Shown here in pieces: positions 15,280 through 23,875 of a stretch of DNA of 64,000 nucleotides. The DNA lies in the NCBI GenBank assembly GCA_024405395.1, contig JAKSOW010000001.1:6277-70276 (forward strand). Reading direction: 5' to 3'. Each line of letters starts with the position of its first letter. The stretch's first letter is position 1. Source of the stretch: Kiritimatiellia bacterium (GTDB lineage: Bacteria; Verrucomicrobiota; Kiritimatiellia; RFP12; UBA1067). The notes under the pieces are model-generated. The model was not told the DNA's origin. It made no database searches and was given only the letters and a program-made list of their open reading frames with translations. The position numbers and the translations under genes were made by a program.

Positions 15280-16149
15280 TTAGAAGATGATCTTGTTGAG
15301 CGGCAGCTCAATGATGCCAGTAGCGCCCGCCGCGCTCAGAACCGGAATCAAATCGCGCACCTGCTTCTCCTCGACAACCGACTCCACCGCGAACCAGCCT
15401 GCGTCATTGAGCTTGTTCACCGTGGGCGCGTGCAACGCCGGAAGCGCCGCCACAATCTTATCGAGCTTCTTCTCAGGCGCGTTGAGCTTGATGAGCACGC
15501 GCTTCTGGGCTTCAAGCGCCGCCACAAGCAACATCTTGATCTGCTCGATCTTCGCACGCTTCGCCTTGTTGGCCCACGCCTTCTTGTTGGCGATGAGGCG
15601 CGTCGTCGACGTAAGGATCGTGTCGACGATGCGAAGGTTGTTCGCACGCAGCGACGAACCCGTCTCGGTAAGATCGACGATTGCGTCCACCAGCTCAGGC
15701 GCCTTCACTTCCGTGGCGCCCCAGCTGAATTCGACATCGGCCTTGACGCCGTTCTTCTTCAGATAACGCTTCACGATGCCCAGGGCTTCCGTGGAGATGC
15801 GCTTGCCCTGAAGATCCTTCACGCTCTTGATCTTGGAGTCGTTCGGAACCGCGAGAACCCAACGAACCGGATTGGACGTGGCCTTAGAATAGTTGAGCTC
15901 GCAGACGTCCTCGACGTCCGAACCATTTTCGTACACCCAGTCCCAACCGCAGATGCCCGCATCCAGGAGACCCATCTCAACATAGCGGCTCATTTCCTGC
16001 GGACGGAGCAGGCGGCACTTGATCTCCGCATCATCAATCGTGGGGAAATAGGAACGCGACGAGCAGGAAACATTAAACCCTGCGCGCTTGAAAAGCGCGA
16101 AGGTCGATTCCTGAAGGCTACCCTTCGGCAGACCAAGAACAATTGCCAT
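15280..16149 (-). CDS. hisG: ATP phosphoribosyltransferase (long form)
   Basis: The 289-aa product starts [25 protein letters not shown]...[26 protein letters not shown], a typical HisG N-terminus. The C-terminal regulatory-domain-length extension is present. Confidence 0.9.
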   Translation of the reverse strand: MAIVLGLPKGSLQESTFALFKRAGFNVSCSSRSYFPTIDDAEIKCRLLRPQEMSRYVEMGLLDAGICGWDWVYENGSDVEDVCELNYSKATSNPVRWVLAVPNDSKIKSVKDLQGKRISTEALGIVKRYLKKNGVKADVEFSWGATEVKAPELVDAIVDLTETGSSLRANNLRIVDTILTSTTRLIANKKAWANKAKRAKIEQIKMLLVAALEAQKRVLIKLNAPEKKLDKIVAALPALHAPTVNKLNDAGWFAVESVVEEKQVRDLIPVLSAAGATGIIELPLNKIIF

Positions 16150-16247
16150 TTACAGTATCTCCATTTGTTCGAAAGCACCCATTATAACATAAAGTGCCTT
16201 GAACCGCAAGTAGTTGCGTTTACAGAATTTTCAGGCGGCAAAAATGG

Positions 16248-16829
16248 TCAAAGAGCCTGCAGCGAACGAAGCTCCGCCATTTCCGCACGACGTGCGCGTG
16301 CCCAAGCCGCCACATCGACTTCGGGCGGCAATGTGGGCGTCACATAAGGCATGCCGCATGTTGCGCAGCAGGCACCTTTGTTCAGCGGAGCACCACAAGA
16401 GGGACATCTCGTCTCAAGCACTTCGCCACAAATGGCGCACCGCTTGGCACCCACGAATGGCGCAGCCATGCCGGCAATCGGGCGGAGAAAAAGACGCCCC
16501 TCCAGCACATAGGGTGCATTCGAAAGGCAATGTGCGGACGGACAAAAGCCAATCAGCGCATCCGCAGGCAAAACCATGGAAGGCAAGGCGGGCATTGCAT
16601 TCTGGACTGCATCAGCCACTTTCTTGGCCGCGGGTTCCAAAGACACGCCCACTTTCTCGGCAAACTTCTTGATTACCTCTTCCGAGAGTTTTGTACCGTC
16701 TCCAGCTTCGAACATTGAAATGGCCGGCTGTTTGCAGCCAAGTTCACGCGCCAACGCGGACTGGGAAATACCCTGTTCGCGGCGTGCCTGGCCGATGCTG
16801 CGGCAAATCTCTGGAGAAATGTTCTTCAC
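16248..16829 (-). CDS. XRE-family helix-turn-helix regulator with C-terminal Cys-rich (zinc-ribbon-like) region
   Basis: The HTH is GISQSALARELGCKQPAISMFEAG. The C-terminal half contains CxxC pairs (CAICGEVLETRCPSCG...CCATCG). Confidence 0.8.
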   Translation of the reverse strand: MKNISPEICRSIGQARREQGISQSALARELGCKQPAISMFEAGDGTKLSEEVIKKFAEKVGVSLEPAAKKVADAVQNAMPALPSMVLPADALIGFCPSAHCLSNAPYVLEGRLFLRPIAGMAAPFVGAKRCAICGEVLETRCPSCGAPLNKGACCATCGMPYVTPTLPPEVDVAAWARARRAEMAELRSLQAL

Positions 16830-16894
16830 GTTACGTCTACTTTCGTCGGACGGCTAATAGTATGCTCTTTTTTCCGCCCAAAAGCAAGCATGAG

Positions 16895-17001
16895 TTATAA
16901 ACAGTTATAAACAGCCTTATAAACAATATGAGTTATAAACAACCTTTCATAACCATGTTTATAACCTACTTATAAACAACTGTTTATAACCTTGTGTATA
17001 A
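16895..17001. repeat. array of eight TTATAAACA-type 9-mers (operator or DnaA-box-like cluster)
   Basis: Forward TTATAAACA lies at 16895, 16905, 16917, 16933 and 16970. Reverse TGTTTATAA lies at 16956 and 16981. A degenerate TGTGTATAA lies at 16993. The segment 16970..16989 is a perfect inverted pair separated by 2 nt. The array sits 65-170 nt upstream of the XRE gene start. Confidence 0.85.
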
Positions 17002-17035
17002 GTTGTATATCCTTTGTTGGCTAAGCAATAACAAT

Positions 17036-17063
17036 GGGGCACATCTACTTGAGATAGTGCCCC
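17036..17063 (-). terminator. candidate terminator hairpin downstream of the methyltransferase gene
   Basis: A 7-bp GC-rich stem, GGGGCAC/GTGCCCC, has a 14-nt loop and is followed on the minus strand by ATTGTTATT. The T-tract is weak. Confidence 0.3.
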
Positions 17064-17112
17064 AATGCGTCCAAAAAAGCCAGACGCTACAGTTTGTGCC
17101 AATCAAACCGGC

Positions 17113-18375
17113 TTATTCGCCTTTGGCCTTGCAGCCTGGATACACAAAGAGTCTGCAATCGATCGGTCCGTTGAAGAACGGCACGCGCGCAATGTAATAG
17201 AGTTCCACAAGCTTCGCAAGATCCGGGTTTCCGGTGATCAAGCCGCCCGTCATTCCCGCACACTTGTCATGCATGAACGTGCCAATGCGCGTATAGATCG
17301 GCTCCAGCTCGGCGGCATCGCCCAGACGAATGCCATACTCGGGATTGAAGAACACCACTCCGTTGGGTGAACTCTTGGAACAGTCAGCCTCAGGGTTCGC
17401 CAAAGGCGGCACTGGCGTGTCGCCAAAATCGCAGGCCTTGAATGTGATGTACTCGTTGACGCCCGCTGCGTGCGCATTGATCTGCGCATTCTGAACCGCC
17501 TCGGGAGAGATGTCCGTCGCGTAGATAGGCGGCAGATTGTCCGTCTTCTCGTTTTCGGCGGCCTCCAGGACCATATCCTTCCAGATTTGCTCGGGCGTGA
17601 CGCCAAAACGCTGACGCGGAGCCGAACGCGGAGCCGTTTCGCCGGGAATGATCTGGTTCCACCCCTTTATCGACATGAAGGCAAAACGGCTGCGCAACGA
17701 GCCCGGCGCACGGCCGATGGCGGCCAGTGCCGCCTCAATGGCCGGCGTGCCGGAGCCGCACATCGGGGAAATGAAAGGCGTCTTGCGATCCCACTTGAGC
17801 GCATCGATGCAGGCGGCCGCCAAGGTCTCCTGCATAGGCGCCGAGCCCGGAATCTTGCGGTAGCCGCGTTTGGAAAGCGGGGAACCGCTTGTATCCAAAT
17901 AGATGATCACACGCCGATCTTCCCAATGCACGAAAACGGCGGCACCAAGGTCATAGTCGGGACCCGAGTCCGGACGCCGCCCCACCTTGCTGCGGATTCG
18001 GTCGGCAATGGCGTCCTTGGTCACAAGCGCCGGCAGACGCGTATCGCGCACGGTGTCATTATGGACAATCGACGAAACCGAAAAATAGCCATCCGCATCA
18101 AAGAGGTTTTCCCAGTCAATGGAGGCCACCTTGTCGTACAATTCGCGGATATGGCGGCAAGTCCCCCGCAGGAGCGGCACCAGGACACGGTGTGCCGTGC
18201 GCAGACGAAGATTAAGGCGCAGCATATCCCGCATGGCACCGCGAACGACAACGGTGTTGTCACTCTTGTCGATCACCTTGTATCCCATGCCCTCAACTTC
18301 CTGAATCGTCCAGGGAGCCAGATGCTTGGCGCACGAAATGATGATGGGATAGTTCTTATCTGTCCACAGTTTCAT
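17113..18375 (-). CDS. THUMP-domain class I SAM-dependent RNA methyltransferase (RlmL/RlmK N-half-like, COG0116 type)
   Basis: The best start is the ATG at 18375, preceded by AGGAG; the track ORF extends further upstream without support. The SAM motif I-like sequence is ISPMCGSGTPAIEAAL. The motif IV-like sequence is FFNPEYG, a variant of NPPY. Confidence 0.8.
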   Translation of the reverse strand: MKLWTDKNYPIIISCAKHLAPWTIQEVEGMGYKVIDKSDNTVVVRGAMRDMLRLNLRLRTAHRVLVPLLRGTCRHIRELYDKVASIDWENLFDADGYFSVSSIVHNDTVRDTRLPALVTKDAIADRIRSKVGRRPDSGPDYDLGAAVFVHWEDRRVIIYLDTSGSPLSKRGYRKIPGSAPMQETLAAACIDALKWDRKTPFISPMCGSGTPAIEAALAAIGRAPGSLRSRFAFMSIKGWNQIIPGETAPRSAPRQRFGVTPEQIWKDMVLEAAENEKTDNLPPIYATDISPEAVQNAQINAHAAGVNEYITFKACDFGDTPVPPLANPEADCSKSSPNGVVFFNPEYGIRLGDAAELEPIYTRIGTFMHDKCAGMTGGLITGNPDLAKLVELYYIARVPFFNGPIDCRLFVYPGCKAKGE

Positions 18376-18479
18376 GGTATCTCCTACTAAAGGGCACCCT
18401 TTGGCCCGATATTTTGGACAAGAGGCATTCCAGAAGCGTTTTTCTTCCAGAATGCCCTTTATTTCAGCGAATATTACTA

Positions 18480-19574
18480 TCAGCTGATGCGCAGCGGCAT
18501 CATAACGTACAGGAACGGCACCGAACACTTGATCAATGCCGGCGAAGAGCCGTTCTTGAGCTCGATGTAGACTTCATCCTCGTCAATGGCCTTCAGCGGA
18601 TCCATCACAAACTGGGGATTGAAGACAATCTCGATCGTCTCGCCGTCATACTTGATCGGCACCGTATCACGGGCCGCACCCACATCGGCGGCGGCTGACG
18701 CCACGGTGAGGCGATTGGACTCAAACGTGAGACGCGTAGAATTGGACTCATCCATCGTCATGACGCTGACGCGGTCAAGGGCCTCCAGCAGAAGCTTGCG
18801 CTCCACGGTGACGCGCTCGGTGCAGCCGGTGGGGATGACCTGACGATAGTTGGGATAGACATCATCCAGAAGCTTCGAGTAGATCTGCGTGTCGCCCAGA
18901 TTGAAGGACACCTGCGAGCGTTCCACGGTGACGCGCACATCGCCATCGGACGAAAGCGAACGCTGAAGCTCGGAGACCACCTTCGTGGGGAGCACGATGT
19001 CCTTCTCCGCATCGGCGGGGAATTCGACCTCATGCTCGACCAAGGCCAAACGCCGCCCATCCGTGGCCACCATGGTGAGCTTCGCGTCCTTGAAGCTCAT
19101 CAGAACGCCCTTCAGGGTCTTGCGCGTATCGTCCTGCGAGGCCGCGTACGAGGTCTTGCGCAGCATTTCGCGAAGCGCCATCTGCTTGATGATGTAGGCA
19201 AACGTGCCGGAATCCTTGGGGAGCTGCGGGAAGTCGGCGACATTCATGCCGGCGATGTTGAACACGGCGGAACCCGCCGACACAACCGCCTTGTCCTCCG
19301 CATCGGTCTCGAGCTCAACGGGGCCTTCCGCCGCCTTGGCGATCGTGGCCGCCAAAAGCTTCACGGGGAGCGTGGTCGCGCCTTCAGCCAGCACTTCGCA
19401 GGGAACGACGCTGCGGATCGAAATGTCAAGATCCGTGGTGGTGAGGAAGAGCTGCTTGTCCTTCGCCTCGATCAGCACATTCTGGATGATCTGCAGTGTA
19501 CCCTTTGACACCACGATGTTCTGAACCTTCTTGAGGCCTTCCAGAAACTTGGAACGTATAATCCTGATTTTCAT
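18480..19574 (-). CDS. dnaN: DNA polymerase III beta sliding clamp
   Basis: The 364-aa product starts MKIRIIRSKFLEGLKKVQNIV...LFLTTTDLDISI, a typical DnaN N-terminus. The gene lies immediately downstream of dnaA. Confidence 0.95.
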   Translation of the reverse strand: MKIRIIRSKFLEGLKKVQNIVVSKGTLQIIQNVLIEAKDKQLFLTTTDLDISIRSVVPCEVLAEGATTLPVKLLAATIAKAAEGPVELETDAEDKAVVSAGSAVFNIAGMNVADFPQLPKDSGTFAYIIKQMALREMLRKTSYAASQDDTRKTLKGVLMSFKDAKLTMVATDGRRLALVEHEVEFPADAEKDIVLPTKVVSELQRSLSSDGDVRVTVERSQVSFNLGDTQIYSKLLDDVYPNYRQVIPTGCTERVTVERKLLLEALDRVSVMTMDESNSTRLTFESNRLTVASAAADVGAARDTVPIKYDGETIEIVFNPQFVMDPLKAIDEDEVYIELKNGSSPALIKCSVPFLYVMMPLRIS

Positions 19575-19860
19575 TGCATGCTCCTGACACCATTTCGCCG
19601 GACAGTCCCGCTGTCAGCGATTCCTAAGATTGTACCTAATATTCCTTCTAAAGTAAAGAATGAATAATACTAATATTAGGTTGTTCAATAACTCCAATAA
19701 CTTCTTCAAGTACTGTAAAATCAAGGCCTGCGTGACTTTTCAGCTGTTCATTTCCCATTCAGTCGGATGTTCAGCGCTGTTGATGATTCGGCGGGCTTTA
19801 GACAACTGTCCACAAGTGGATGGGTTCTGCACAACTTCTCTACAGGGGATGAACAGATTA
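19575..19860. promoter_or_regulatory. dnaA-dnaN intergenic region with AT-rich tract and DnaA-box-like palindrome (possible oriC part)
   Basis: This 286-nt gap has an AT-rich run at about 19621-19725. CTGTCCACA (19806..19814) matches 7 of 9 positions of TTATCCACA. It abuts AGTGGAT to form TCCAC-AA-GTGGA. TGAACA/TGTTCA motifs are also present. Confidence 0.35.
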
Positions 19861-21297
19861 TCATTCGAGGACGTCGGAGATCTGGCGGCCCAGCTTGGAC
19901 ACAATCTGGCCGATTTCCTGCTTGAGGTCGGCCTCGACGCTGATGCGCTTCTGGATCTGCTGCGAACCGTAGAAAATCGTGGTGTGCTTGCGGTCGAAGG
20001 CCTTACCGATCGTCGGCAGCGAATCCGTGGTGAGCTTGCACGCCAGGAACATCGCGACTTGGCGGGGCTGGACAAGGGCCTGGGTGCGTCCGGGCGCCTT
20101 GATGTCCTTCACCGTGACGCCGTAGTGCTCCGCCACCGCATTGATGACCGCTTCCGGCGTAATGCTCTTGATTGTCACTTCCTCCTCTATCATGTCCTTG
20201 AGGAGATATTTCGAGATCTCGATGGTGAGCGGCGTATCGGGATTGACGTCCATGAAGGTGGTTACCCGGTTCAGGGCACCTTCAATGGCCCGCACATGCG
20301 AACGGATGTTTTCCGCAATGTAGTTGAGGATATCGTCCTGGATCAGACGATGGCGGGCCTGCATCTTGGACCTGAGGATCGCCAGACGCGTCTCATACGA
20401 GGGGGATTCGATTTCCACCACCATGCCCTGCTGGAAGCGCGAGATCAGCCTGTCCTCCAGACCTCCCTGGAGCTCCTTTGGCGCCTGGTCGCAGGTCATG
20501 ACTATCTGCTTGTTGTACATGAGCAGACTGCTGATGGTGTTGAAGAATTCCTCCTGGAAGCTCTTCTTGCCGACGATGAACTGAACGTCGTCGATGAGCA
20601 GAAGATCGTATTTCCTGTAGCGGGCGCGAAACGCGGGAAGCGCCGCCCCGGCGAGCGCATTGACGTATTCGTTGAGGAACGTCTCGGACGTGATGTAGCA
20701 AACCGACGCCTCGGCATTATGCTTCATGACATAATGGCCGATGGCCTCCATCAAGTGCGTTTTGCCCAGACCTGTGCCGCCCCAGATGAAAAGCGGATTG
20801 TAGGCGGTCCTTCCAAGCCCCTTCGCAACGGCGGTAGCCGCAGCATGGGCGAAGGAATTTGACGGGCCCCTCACGAAGTTCTCGAACGTATAGTTCTCGA
20901 GGAGCGGCAGAGTGGAAGGCAGTACACGCGCACGCCGAGGCGTCGGAGCTTTGGGAGCCGGCTTTTCCGAATTGGTCTGAACGGGAAGAACGGGCGGAAC
21001 CTCTACGGTTTTCTTGGTTTCCTCTTTCTTGATGACCTCAAAGACCACTTTGATGCCATCCCCCAGACCTGCCGCCCGAATCGTCTCCTCCAGAGCCTTG
21101 GCGTAGAGCCCCGTGAACCAATCCCTCTTCATCTCCGTGGTGACGCCGATCCTGAATTCGCTGCCCACCAGACTCTGAGTGAGGAACTGAGGAGAATGCA
21201 GTTCCCAGCGATTGATTTCCTCAGTCGTTTTCAGGCTCATTCTGTAGCTGGAAGCGATGGCTTGCCAGACAGATGTAAGGTTGCTTGTTTCTGACAT
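19861..21297 (-). CDS. dnaA: chromosomal replication initiator protein DnaA
   Basis: The Walker A motif is GGTGLGKTHLMEAIGH. The Walker B region is LLLIDDVQFIVGKK. The C-terminal DNA-binding signature is FDRKHTTIFYG. Confidence 0.95.
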   Translation of the reverse strand: MSETSNLTSVWQAIASSYRMSLKTTEEINRWELHSPQFLTQSLVGSEFRIGVTTEMKRDWFTGLYAKALEETIRAAGLGDGIKVVFEVIKKEETKKTVEVPPVLPVQTNSEKPAPKAPTPRRARVLPSTLPLLENYTFENFVRGPSNSFAHAAATAVAKGLGRTAYNPLFIWGGTGLGKTHLMEAIGHYVMKHNAEASVCYITSETFLNEYVNALAGAALPAFRARYRKYDLLLIDDVQFIVGKKSFQEEFFNTISSLLMYNKQIVMTCDQAPKELQGGLEDRLISRFQQGMVVEIESPSYETRLAILRSKMQARHRLIQDDILNYIAENIRSHVRAIEGALNRVTTFMDVNPDTPLTIEISKYLLKDMIEEEVTIKSITPEAVINAVAEHYGVTVKDIKAPGRTQALVQPRQVAMFLACKLTTDSLPTIGKAFDRKHTTIFYGSQQIQKRISVEADLKQEIGQIVSKLGRQISDVLE

Positions 21298-21435
21298 GAT
21301 CTTGTTGTCCTAGTGGACACTATTTAACCATATTTCCCGAACAAAACCACGCAAAAGAAATGAAAAGAAATGAACAAGTTGTGAACAGATACCTGTTCAT
21401 AGCTTAATGCAGGCTTTGCCTATCTGACTTGCGGA
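21298..21435 (-). promoter_or_regulatory. dnaA upstream region: extended -10-like TGGTTAAAT plus three TGAACA/TGTTCA sites
   Basis: The minus strand reads ...CTATGAACAGGTATCTGTTCACAACTTGTTCATTTC...ATATGGTTAAATAGTGTCCACTAGGACAACAAGATCATG. The TGn-extended -10 lies at 21322..21330. Confidence 0.35.
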
Positions 21436-23775
21436 TCAGTGGAAGAACTTCCGCATTTCCTCTTCCGTGTGGCAGGCGAGCAGATCCTGAGCCCCATTTT
21501 CGCTGCGAAGCTTCGAGCTGATGTAGGCCATCAGCTGGAGATAAGGCGACTGGGCCGTCTCAGGCGCCAAGGTCAGCACAATGATCTGAATGACCGAATG
21601 ATCAATGGTCTCATAGTCCGCGATGATGCCGTTTGAGTTCTCCGTGTTGTCCACGATGGCCACTGCACCAACGATCTCGTCCACGGCATCGGTACGGCCA
21701 TGCGGCACGGCAATGCCATGGTCCAATCCTGTTCCCATGGATTCTTCACGTGAGAAGACGGCCTCCTGGGCAGTCTGCACATCCTTGACGTGGTTCCCCG
21801 TTGCGTTCTTGACGGCCAGAACAAGTTCCTCAATTGCCTCACGCTTCGAATTGGCCTTGAACTTGGGCAGCATCACGAAGTTCTTGAGGTTCTTGGCGGC
21901 AGATCCAAGCACCTCCTTCTTGTCGTCCTGCTGGATGATGAGCTTTTCGATTGTGCCCTTCTCCTGCACAGGCTTGGAAATAACCTGAGCCAGCTTGTTC
22001 ATCTGCGAGACGACTTCCATCCAGGCCTGACGCACGACCGCCTCTTCCTCCGGCGTGCAGAACACCTGGATCTCCTTGCCCGTGCGCGTAATGGAAATCT
22101 CAATCGAATCCATCGACACTTCCCAGATGTCAAGATTGATTTCACGCGCCAGACGGCAGGTGAAGAAACCTTCTCTACGGAATTCGTCAACCAGCTTTTT
22201 GGCCATGATGGCGGCGACCTGCATGTCAGGCAGCTCGAAGATTACCGGACGCGACTCCTGCATGTTTTCCTTCTGCTTGCGCACGCCCTTGCGGTCGCTC
22301 TTGAAGAGCGCCACCAAGGCAGGCGGGGCAACAACGGTCGTGATGAGCGTCATGAGGATGCCGATGCCGAAAATCTCCTGCGACAGATAGCCGTTCGAAA
22401 GACCAAGGCCGGCGATGATGAGCGCCACTTCGCCACGGGGAATCATGCCCGTGCCAATGCGCACGCCGCCCAGCAGATTGAATCCGCAGAACATGGCGGG
22501 AATGGCACAGCCCGCCACCTTGGCGAAGACGGCCAACACGGTGTAGATGGCGCCAAAGTAGAGAACCGGCTTCGACATCAACGCCGAGCAGTCCACCATC
22601 ATGCCCATGACGCAGAAGAACACGGGAACGAGGAACGTGTAGACGGGAGCCAGCGTTTCCTGGATCATGTGCTTCAGGTCCGTGCGCGAAAGGGCCAGAC
22701 CCATGACGTAGGCGCCAATGATCATGGCCAATCCCATGAACTCGAAGAACCCGGCGAGAATCAGCGAGAGACCAAATGCCAAGGTGGCGATGGCCTGCGG
22801 ATTCTTGAAGAGCTTGAGCAGCCAGGAGATCTTGCGGGCGAGAAGCACGCCCACCAACGTGGCGCCCAGCCAGACGCCGAAGGCCTTGATGGCGACAATG
22901 CCGATGGCGCCCCAATTGACGCCGGCACTGGCCTCTCCGCCCTTTGCCGCCGCAGCCATCGTCGCCGCGATGACGCCGTTGCCGATGGCCAGGACAATCA
23001 GACCCAGAACGTCGTCAATCACAGCACCGGCCATGATCGAGACGCCCTCTTCCGAATCCATCTTCTTGCGCTCCGAAAGGATGCGTGCGGTGATGCCCAC
23101 CGAAGTGGCGGTCGACATGATGCCCATGTACATGGGGGCCGCATCCATCATCGCCTGAGCCAGCGGCATGGAGGAAAGCGCACCGAACTTAGCCGGGAAG
23201 AACTGCGGCAGCAGATAGACGGCACAGAGGTCGCCGAACAGGAACGACACGATAACGCCGCCCAGGCCAACCATCAGGCCGACGAACGAATACTTGAGGA
23301 AGAGCTTGAGATTGGTCTCAAGGCCCGAAAGGAAAAGAAGAATCACGGACGCCAAAGTGGCGATGCCGTACAAGGCGGGGCTTGTGGCGTCGAACATGAC
23401 GTTGTGGCCAGCCATCGTGCCGAACATGGCCGTGGCCGCCCCACCCGCCGCCTCGTTCATGGCCCGCAGAGCGGCACCGTTGAAGAGACCGTATTTGAAG
23501 AGACCATCGCCAAACCCGATGCCGCCCAATGCCCACGGGCCAATGACAATGCCGGCGGCAAGTTCGCCAAGGATCGACGGCAGCTTGAAGAAGGAGATGA
23601 GGGTGCCGCCGAGTTTGGCGGCGAAGATGATGATGCCGATCTGCAGCACCAGGAACATCATTTCCTCTACACGGGGCAAACCAAAATTCGGGTAAGCGGG
23701 AGCAGCCTCATGCGCAAACACGCCCATCGCAACCAGTGAAAACGCGATGGCAAAAAACAGTTTCTTGTTTTTCAT
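21436..23775 (-). CDS. CPA2-type cation/proton antiporter fused to a C-terminal PTS EIIA(type 2, PtsN/Fru-like) domain
   Basis: The N-terminal ~470 aa are polytopic, with the Kef/NapA-like sequence ILGELAAGIVIGPWALG. The C-terminus GTGLDHGIAVPHGRTDAVDEIVGAVAIV matches the EIIA-2 phosphorylatable-His region. Confidence 0.85.
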   Translation of the reverse strand: MKNKKLFFAIAFSLVAMGVFAHEAAPAYPNFGLPRVEEMMFLVLQIGIIIFAAKLGGTLISFFKLPSILGELAAGIVIGPWALGGIGFGDGLFKYGLFNGAALRAMNEAAGGAATAMFGTMAGHNVMFDATSPALYGIATLASVILLFLSGLETNLKLFLKYSFVGLMVGLGGVIVSFLFGDLCAVYLLPQFFPAKFGALSSMPLAQAMMDAAPMYMGIMSTATSVGITARILSERKKMDSEEGVSIMAGAVIDDVLGLIVLAIGNGVIAATMAAAAKGGEASAGVNWGAIGIVAIKAFGVWLGATLVGVLLARKISWLLKLFKNPQAIATLAFGLSLILAGFFEFMGLAMIIGAYVMGLALSRTDLKHMIQETLAPVYTFLVPVFFCVMGMMVDCSALMSKPVLYFGAIYTVLAVFAKVAGCAIPAMFCGFNLLGGVRIGTGMIPRGEVALIIAGLGLSNGYLSQEIFGIGILMTLITTVVAPPALVALFKSDRKGVRKQKENMQESRPVIFELPDMQVAAIMAKKLVDEFRREGFFTCRLAREINLDIWEVSMDSIEISITRTGKEIQVFCTPEEEAVVRQAWMEVVSQMNKLAQVISKPVQEKGTIEKLIIQQDDKKEVLGSAAKNLKNFVMLPKFKANSKREAIEELVLAVKNATGNHVKDVQTAQEAVFSREESMGTGLDHGIAVPHGRTDAVDEIVGAVAIVDNTENSNGIIADYETIDHSVIQIIVLTLAPETAQSPYLQLMAYISSKLRSENGAQDLLACHTEEEMRKFFH

Positions 23776-23875
23776 CTATAATGCCTTTTGTTTATGAACC
23801 AATATTTTCCCAAAAAGACGTGATTTTGGCAACCCTTTTATTTGACGCATAACGCATCATGTTCTACGGATCATC

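Noticed and set aside
15124-23739. Plus-strand ORFs 15124..16347 (407 aa), 17470..18390, 19660..20862 (400 aa) and 21790..23739 (649 aa).
   Set aside because: They lie antisense to hisG, the methyltransferase, dnaA and the antiporter, all of which are confidently identified on the minus strand.
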